A stretch of 64,000 nt of DNA, taken from NCBI GenBank assembly GCA_035911135.1, contig JAMHWD010000042.1, positions 7,609-71,608 of the forward strand, read 5' to 3'. How positions within the stretch are numbered: the first letter of the stretch is position 1; each line of letters begins with the position of its first letter. A program made the translations under genes and the position numbers. Shown here piece after piece: positions 58,407 to 64,000 of the stretch. Source of the stretch: Alphaproteobacteria bacterium. GTDB lineage: Bacteria; Pseudomonadota; Alphaproteobacteria; Micavibrionales; Micavibrionaceae. The notes beneath the pieces are model-generated. The model ran no database searches. It saw only the letters and a list, made by a program, of their open reading frames with translations, and was not told the DNA's origin.

Positions 58407-59357
58407 ATGCAATCTGCGCCCCATGTGCCCGTCATGCTGGCGGAAGTCCTGGAGTATTTGAATCCGCGTCATGGCGGTGTCTATGTCGATGGCACCTTTG
58501 GTGCGGGCGGCTACACGCGTGCCATTCTGGAAGCGGCTGATTGCATTGTTATTGCCATTGACCGTGATGAGACGGCGTTGCCTGCGGCAAGGGCGATGGC
58601 GGAAAAATTTGGATCCCGTTTTATTTTTGCGCCGGGTTGTTTTGGTGATGTGGCCGAATTGATTGTGCGCGCCGGTTTCGAGGCCATTGATGGATTTGTT
58701 CTCGATCTGGGGGTTTCTTCGATGCAGATTGATGAGCCGGAGCGAGGCTTTTCCTTTCGCTTTGATGGTCCGCTCGACATGCGTATGGGGCGCGAGGCTG
58801 GAAACGAGAGTGCCGCTGATCTTGTAAACTCATTGGATGAAAATGACTTGGCAGATCTTATTTATAATTACGGTGAAGAACGCCATTCGCGCCGCATCGC
58901 CCGTGCCATAGTGGCGCGCCGGGCCGAGATGCCTTTTGCCAAGACGCTGGATCTGGCGGATGTTATTCGCGGCGTTTTGCCGAAAAATCCCAAGGATAAA
59001 AGTGATCCGGCGACGCGCACATTTCAGGCTTTGCGGATTGCCGTGAATGATGAGCTGGGTGAGCTGGAGCGTGCTTTGGGTTCGGCGGAGGGGATCCTTG
59101 CGCCGGGTGGTCGCCTTGTTGTTGTGACCTTCCATTCGCTGGAGGACCGGATCGTCAAGGATCATATGCGAAAGGCGGCGGGGCGGGTTTCTGCCGGTTC
59201 TCGTTATGCGCCATCGCTTGCGCCCGTGGCGGCGGTGTCTTTTGATGATATTACCCGAAAGGCTGTTCAGCCATCGCATGAGGAAATTGCCGCAAACCCA
59301 AGATCGCGTTCGGCTAAATTGCGCGCGGTTGAAAAGAAAGCCGGGGTGTGCGCATGA
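58407..59357 (+). CDS. rsmH: 16S rRNA (cytosine1402-N4)-methyltransferase
   Basis: It has HVPVML.EV...L and DGTFG.GGY.R.IL motifs. It is the first gene of the dcw cluster. Confidence 0.93.
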   Translation: MQSAPHVPVMLAEVLEYLNPRHGGVYVDGTFGAGGYTRAILEAADCIVIAIDRDETALPAARAMAEKFGSRFIFAPGCFGDVAELIVRAGFEAIDGFVLDLGVSSMQIDEPERGFSFRFDGPLDMRMGREAGNESAADLVNSLDENDLADLIYNYGEERHSRRIARAIVARRAEMPFAKTLDLADVIRGVLPKNPKDKSDPATRTFQALRIAVNDELGELERALGSAEGILAPGGRLVVVTFHSLEDRIVKDHMRKAAGRVSAGSRYAPSLAPVAAVSFDDITRKAVQPSHEEIAANPRSRSAKLRAVEKKAGVCA

Positions 59358-59737
59358 AAAGAAAATTCTCCCGCGCCATTATCATGATTGCCGTGATCGC
59401 CTTGAGCGGGGCTTTGCTTTTGCATACCAGCCAAAGCGTGCAACAGGTCGAGGCGGTGCTGGATAGGCTGAATGCTGATATCGCGCGGGAAAAACAGGGT
59501 ATTGAAGTGCTGGAGGCGGAATGGGCGGCGCTGAATTCGCCGTATCGCCTAGAGCGTCTGGCGGTGGAATCTTTGGGCATGCTGCCGCCCAATGCCGCCG
59601 AGATGCAGACTGATTTTTCCTGTCTGCCTGAAGAAATTGCCCCGGAAGGGCTGGTGGCCGAGGATGCGGTCATAAAGGCGCAGCCTGTCGCGCTGGTGGG
59701 TGATGATTGCCCCAAGCCCAAGAAGGAGGCGCCATGA
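59354..59737 (+). CDS. ftsL: Cell division protein FtsL (alphaproteobacterial type)
   Basis: It is a small bitopic protein with a TM helix and a coiled coil (...LEAEWA.LN.P.RLE.LA). It lies between rsmH and ftsI. Confidence 0.7.
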   Translation: MKRKFSRAIIMIAVIALSGALLLHTSQSVQQVEAVLDRLNADIAREKQGIEVLEAEWAALNSPYRLERLAVESLGMLPPNAAEMQTDFSCLPEEIAPEGLVAEDAVIKAQPVALVGDDCPKPKKEAP

Positions 59738-61461
59738 TATTCCGGCGCAGGCATTGGCAGGGCGTGAGCCGTATTCAGGGGGAGCGCAGCGCGGCGCTGG
59801 ATCAGGCGCGCGGCCGGATTATTATTATCAGTGTATTTTTCATGGTGGGCTATGGCGCGATTGCAGCGCGCGCGCTGGATCTGGCTGTGTTGAAGGGTGG
59901 TCCGCCGGGTGCTTTGAATAGCATGCATGATCTGGCCGGGCATGACATGGCGCGGGGGCGCATTTTTGATCGTAACGGCGTGTTGCTGGCAAGCTCGCTG
60001 CCGGCTGTTTCGCTTTATGCGGACCCATCTATTATTATTGGCGCAGACCAGCTGGCGCGTGATCTGGTTAAAATTTTCCCCAAGCTGCGTTATGGCGATG
60101 TTCTGCAAAAGCTTCAGGGGCAAGGCCGCTTTATCTGGCTGGAGCGCAACATATCCCCGGCGCAGCAATATGCGGTGCTGGAGCTGGGGCAGCCCGGGCT
60201 TGGTTTTGAAAAAGAAGTCCAGCGCATCTATCCGCAAGGCCCGCTGACATCGCATCTGGTGGGTTATACGAATATTGACGGCAAGGGGCTGGCCGGTGTT
60301 GAGCGCAGTTTTGATAATTATCTGGCCGAGGGGCAGGATTTAAAGCTCACGCTGGATGTCAGGCTTCAGCACGCGCTGCACCGCGAGGTGGCGCGCGCCA
60401 TGCATGATTTCACGGCCAAGGCCGGCACGGGCATTATTATGGATTCCAGAACGGGCGCGATTATTGCCGGCGTATCCTTGCCGGATTTTAATCCGCATGA
60501 AGCCGGTTCCGCTGGGCAGGAGCAGATTTTCAATCGCCTGACGCTGGGTGTTTATGAGCTTGGCTCGATGTTCAAGATTTTCTCCACGGCTGCCGCGCTG
60601 GAGATCAAGAAAATTCCGCTGGGTTATACGTTTGACGCGACAAAGCCATTGAGAATCGGGCGCTTTACCATCAGCGATTATCATGCGGAGAACCGCGTGA
60701 TGAGCGTGCCGGAAGTCTTTATGCATTCCTCCAATATTGGCTCGGCGTTAATGGGGCGCTTGGTGGGGACGCAGGCCCTGAAGAATTTCTATGATGATCT
60801 GGGGCTCTTGCGCCCTGTTGATTTTGAAATCAAGGAGGTGGGCCGTCCGCTGATGCCTCAGCCCTGGAAGGAGCTTAACACGCTTACCGCCGCTTATGGG
60901 CATGGCGTGGCGACAACGCCCCTGCAGATGGCCAGCGCTGTGGCTACGATCATGAATGATGGCTTTCAGGTCAAACCGCATCTTGTGATGCAGGATGAGG
61001 CCAATGAAGAGGCGACTGCAGAAAATCCAGTGGGCGGACATGTGCGGATCCTGTCTGAGCAGACATCGCATAATATGCGAAGGCTCATGCGCCTTGTGGT
61101 GACGGATGGTACGGGTGGCAATGCCGATGTTCCGGGTTATGATATTGGCGGCAAGACAGGAACGGCAGAGAAAATCGGCCCCGATGGCCGCTATCAGAAA
61201 AAGAAGCTGATTTCGTCTTTCGTGGGTGCGTTTCCGATATCAGACCCTCGTTACATTGTGATGGTGACAATTGATGAGCCTGTGGGGAACAAGAAAAGCT
61301 ATGGCTATGCCACGGCCGGATGGGTTGCTGCGCCTGCTGTGGGCCGCGTGGTTTCCAGCATGGCGGCGATACTGGGTATGGAGCCCGATAAAAAGCCTGC
61401 TGATCAGGATCCGGCTGCGCCGCTCAAGCACTATATCGCGGCCAAGGGCGAGGAGGGTTAG
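59734..61461 (+). CDS. ftsI: Peptidoglycan D,D-transpeptidase FtsI (PBP3)
   Basis: It has the SxxK (GSMFK), SxN (HSSN) and KTGT motifs. The ATGA overlaps the ftsL stop. Confidence 0.9.
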   Translation: MIFRRRHWQGVSRIQGERSAALDQARGRIIIISVFFMVGYGAIAARALDLAVLKGGPPGALNSMHDLAGHDMARGRIFDRNGVLLASSLPAVSLYADPSIIIGADQLARDLVKIFPKLRYGDVLQKLQGQGRFIWLERNISPAQQYAVLELGQPGLGFEKEVQRIYPQGPLTSHLVGYTNIDGKGLAGVERSFDNYLAEGQDLKLTLDVRLQHALHREVARAMHDFTAKAGTGIIMDSRTGAIIAGVSLPDFNPHEAGSAGQEQIFNRLTLGVYELGSMFKIFSTAAALEIKKIPLGYTFDATKPLRIGRFTISDYHAENRVMSVPEVFMHSSNIGSALMGRLVGTQALKNFYDDLGLLRPVDFEIKEVGRPLMPQPWKELNTLTAAYGHGVATTPLQMASAVATIMNDGFQVKPHLVMQDEANEEATAENPVGGHVRILSEQTSHNMRRLMRLVVTDGTGGNADVPGYDIGGKTGTAEKIGPDGRYQKKKLISSFVGAFPISDPRYIVMVTIDEPVGNKKSYGYATAGWVAAPAVGRVVSSMAAILGMEPDKKPADQDPAAPLKHYIAAKGEEG

Positions 61462-61464
61462 GGC

Positions 61465-62922
61465 ATGGCGCAATTACAGGGCTTTGATATCAAGAATGTG
61501 ACCTCGCTGACGCTGGATAGCCGGGCTGTGCAGGAAGGATCATTGTTTGCGGCGTTGCCGGGCAGCAAGCAGGATGGAAGGAATTACATTGCTGATGCTA
61601 TACGCAACGGCGCGAAATTTATTCTGGCGCCGCAAGGCACAGCGCTTCCTGAGAATTCTCTTGATGTCTTGCTGGTGGAGGATATCAATCCGCGCAAGCG
61701 CCTTTCTCAGATGGCCGCGGCATTTTATAATAAGCAGCCGGAACGCATCGTTGCGGTTACGGGCACGAACGGCAAGACATCGAGCGTTCATTTTATCTGG
61801 CAAATCTGGCAGAATTTTGGATTAAAATCCGCAAGCCTTGGAACGCTGGGTGTAAGAGCCAGCAAAGGTATTGATACCGGTTCGATACGGTCCGGATCCA
61901 TGACAACGCCCGATCCGGTCTCCCTTCATGCAGAGCTTGCCGATCTGGCTGCTGCCGGGATTACGCATCTGGCCATGGAGGCCTCCAGCCATGGTCTCGA
62001 TCAATACCGCCTTGATGGTGTGAAGATCCGGGCGGCGGGCTTTACCAGCTTCTCCCGCGATCACATGGATTACCACAGCACGCTTGATGAATATCTGCAA
62101 GCCAAGGCAAGGCTGTTTGCCGAGGTTGTCGAGCGCGGCGGGGCGGCGGTATTAAATGCCGATATCCTGGAATTTGAAGCCCTGAAACAGGTGGCAAAGG
62201 CAGGCGGGCTTGAGGTTGTTGCTTATGGCCACGCCGGGGATGCGATCAAGATATTAGAGGCGCAAAGCACAACGGATGGTCAGCGATTGCAGATCGAGGT
62301 CCGCGGCAAGCCGTATCAATTCCTGCTGCCGCTGGCCGGGAAATTCCAGATTCATAATACATTATGCGCGCTGGGGCTTGTTCTGGCAGAAAATCCTGAT
62401 GACAAGGCGTTTCAGGATGGCGCGGTGGAGGCTTTGAAAAATCTGTCCGGTGCGCCGGGCCGCTTGCAGCGCATTACGGGGCATCCCAAGGGCGCTGGCG
62501 TTTATGTCGATTACGCGCATACGCCTGATGCGCTGGATATGGTGCTTCAATCCCTGCGGCCGCATTGCAAAAACAGGCTGGTGTGTATTTTTGGATGCGG
62601 CGGCGACCGTGACAAGGGCAAGCGTCCTGTGATGGGCAAGATAGCGGGCGAGAACGCCGATATCGCCATTTTAACCGATGATAATCCGCGCAGCGAAAAT
62701 CCGGCCGCGATCCGCGCTGAAGTCATGGTCGGATCATCCAAAATTATTGAAATTGAAGGCCGGGCAAAGGCCATCAAGCATGCGATCTCGCTGCTGGAGG
62801 CCGGGGATATTCTGGTCATTACCGGCAAGGGCCACGAACAGGGGCAGATTTTTGCCGATCACACCGAACATTTTTGCGACGTCGAACAGGCCGAGCTTGC
62901 TATCAAGGAGATTGAAGAATGA
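61465..62922 (+). CDS. murE: UDP-N-acetylmuramoyl-L-alanyl-D-glutamate--2,6-diaminopimelate ligase
   Basis: It has LDSR.V..G.LF.AL.G, the P-loop VTGTNGKTS and the DNPR motif (DDNPRSE). Confidence 0.93.
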   Translation: MAQLQGFDIKNVTSLTLDSRAVQEGSLFAALPGSKQDGRNYIADAIRNGAKFILAPQGTALPENSLDVLLVEDINPRKRLSQMAAAFYNKQPERIVAVTGTNGKTSSVHFIWQIWQNFGLKSASLGTLGVRASKGIDTGSIRSGSMTTPDPVSLHAELADLAAAGITHLAMEASSHGLDQYRLDGVKIRAAGFTSFSRDHMDYHSTLDEYLQAKARLFAEVVERGGAAVLNADILEFEALKQVAKAGGLEVVAYGHAGDAIKILEAQSTTDGQRLQIEVRGKPYQFLLPLAGKFQIHNTLCALGLVLAENPDDKAFQDGAVEALKNLSGAPGRLQRITGHPKGAGVYVDYAHTPDALDMVLQSLRPHCKNRLVCIFGCGGDRDKGKRPVMGKIAGENADIAILTDDNPRSENPAAIRAEVMVGSSKIIEIEGRAKAIKHAISLLEAGDILVITGKGHEQGQIFADHTEHFCDVEQAELAIKEIEE

Positions 62923-63380
62923 ATATTGCCGGCCGCATGTTGTGGACGCATTTGAAGCTGCCTGGAATTACGGTCAGTGTTCAGCCAAAGCCTGCCGTAT
63001 ATGGATATGCGTTCGAGGCGCAATCGGTTACGGATCTGGGTTGTGATCGCCGTATCGCCGCCTTGAAGTCTCTGGATTCTGTCTTAAGCCGCGCCAGCAG
63101 GTTTGCCCTGCAATTTGCCGAACCGGTGAAGTTGCCGAGGCGTATTGGCGCATTGGAACTGCTTTATACATCCCGCATGGAATGCGCGCCCGCCAATATT
63201 GAAAAAATCATGCAGGCGCATTGCGGCAATGCCCGGTTACGCAAGGTTTCATATGATGTCCTGATGCCGGGTGATATTGTGATTTTCAAGGAAACGCCGG
63301 AAGGCTTCCGTACGCCCGATACTTACCGTATAATCTCCGAATCCCGCATTGAAAGGCAAGAAACCCAGCATGCTTTATAA
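62919..63380 (+). CDS. Hypothetical protein (153 aa) occupying the position where murF normally lies
   Basis: It has an ATGA overlap with the murE stop and an 11-nt overlap with the mraY start. It has no P-loop. It shows only faint resemblance to a Mur-ligase N-domain (VYGYAFEAQSV...RIAALKS). Confidence 0.5.
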   Translation: MNIAGRMLWTHLKLPGITVSVQPKPAVYGYAFEAQSVTDLGCDRRIAALKSLDSVLSRASRFALQFAEPVKLPRRIGALELLYTSRMECAPANIEKIMQAHCGNARLRKVSYDVLMPGDIVIFKETPEGFRTPDTYRIISESRIERQETQHAL

Positions 63381-64000
63381 TCTTCTCGCGCCGTTGGCCG
63401 ATGAATTGATTTTCTTTAATTTGTTTCGTTACCTGACATTTCGCACAGGCTGCGCGATATTGACCGCGCTGGTGCTTTCATTCCTTATTGCCCCGCGCAT
63501 GATCCGCTGGTTGAAAGCCAAGCAAAAAGAGGGTCAGCCTATTCGCGCCGATGGCCCGGAAACGCATTTCGCCAAGGCCGGAACCCCTACCATGGGCGGG
63601 TTGATGGTGTTGATTTCCGTGGCGATCAGCACATTATTATGGGCCAATCTGGCCAACCCGCTGGTCTGGCTGGCGCTGTTTGTGATGGTGGGTTATGGGG
63701 TGATTGGTTTCGGGGATGATTACCTCAAACTCACCAAGAAAAATGCCAAGGGCTTATCGGGCCGCAAGAAATTGATGGCGCAGGCGGCCATTGCATTGGT
63801 GGTGGCGCTGGCGGTGATGTATATCCTGCCCTCCAACCTGAACACGCATCTGGCGATTCCGTTTTTCAAAAGCATGTTCATTAATTTGGGCTGGTTTTTT
63901 ATTCCCTGGGCGATTTTCGTGATTATCGGATCATCCAATGCCGTGAACCTGACCGATGGTCTGGATGGTCTGGCGATTGTGCCGGTGGCGATTTGCGCGG
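63370..64000 (+). CDS. mraY: Phospho-N-acetylmuramoyl-pentapeptide transferase, N-terminal part (runs off the window; not in the ORF track)
   Basis: My translation is MLYNLLAPLADELIFFNLFRYLTFRTG...GQPIRADGPETH..KAGTPTMGG...DDYLK...NAVNLTDGLDGLA. Confidence 0.93.
   Translation, partial: MLYNLLAPLADELIFFNLFRYLTFRTGCAILTALVLSFLIAPRMIRWLKAKQKEGQPIRADGPETHFAKAGTPTMGGLMVLISVAISTLLWANLANPLVWLALFVMVGYGVIGFGDDYLKLTKKNAKGLSGRKKLMAQAAIALVVALAVMYILPSNLNTHLAIPFFKSMFINLGWFFIPWAIFVIIGSSNAVNLTDGLDGLAIVPVAICA

Overview
This window looks like a densely packed core-chromosome segment of an alphaproteobacterium. That assignment is an inference from gene content and order: sdhC/D/A/B, an ATP12 chaperone, lspA-DUF3035-M16-M16-pgi, mlaEF, and a dcw cluster (rsmH-ftsL-ftsI-murE-...-mraY). 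I can support about 60 protein genes and one RNase P RNA. I saw no tRNA or rRNA gene, CRISPR array, integrase or transposase.

Most genes are housekeeping:
- Replication and repair: dnaB, rarA, mutL.
- Translation and RNA modification: alaS, ileS, rluC-like, rsmH.
- Amino-acid, cofactor and central metabolism: alr, leuA, asd, nadA/nadC, ribF, pgi, ppk/ppx, msrA.
- Cell envelope: PBP1A, ftsI, murE, mraY.

I do not see a convincing multi-gene novel defence or secretion system. The observations most worth a second look are:
1. A 352-bp mini-element splits nadA from nadC. It is an AT-rich 96-aa GIY-YIG nuclease gene bracketed by perfect 25-nt inverted hairpin repeats.
2. A dispersed family of two-hairpin palindromic elements has CGTCAT...ATGACG-type ends. 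Copies lie at 4554, 7860 and 52183, and a degenerate copy appears to be inserted in frame inside rarA.
3. The murF slot of the dcw cluster is occupied by a translationally coupled 153-aa ORF with only faint Mur-ligase N-domain resemblance. mraZ is also absent.
4. The sdh operon is broken up. An exported His-rich ORF sits between sdhC and sdhD, and a 3.6-kb block with an MFS gene and orphan genes sits between sdhA and sdhB.
5. Within that block, a twin-arginine-signal ORF would fuse to the downstream ORF if one base were added to a C7 (or T7) run.
6. A Leu-rich leader peptide with alternative hairpins lies upstream of leuA.
7. A perfect 25-bp inverted repeat lies upstream of ileS.

All functional calls rest on motif recognition by eye; no searches were run. 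Start codons are approximate, because the ORF track uses alternative starts and I preferred ATG or translationally coupled starts.
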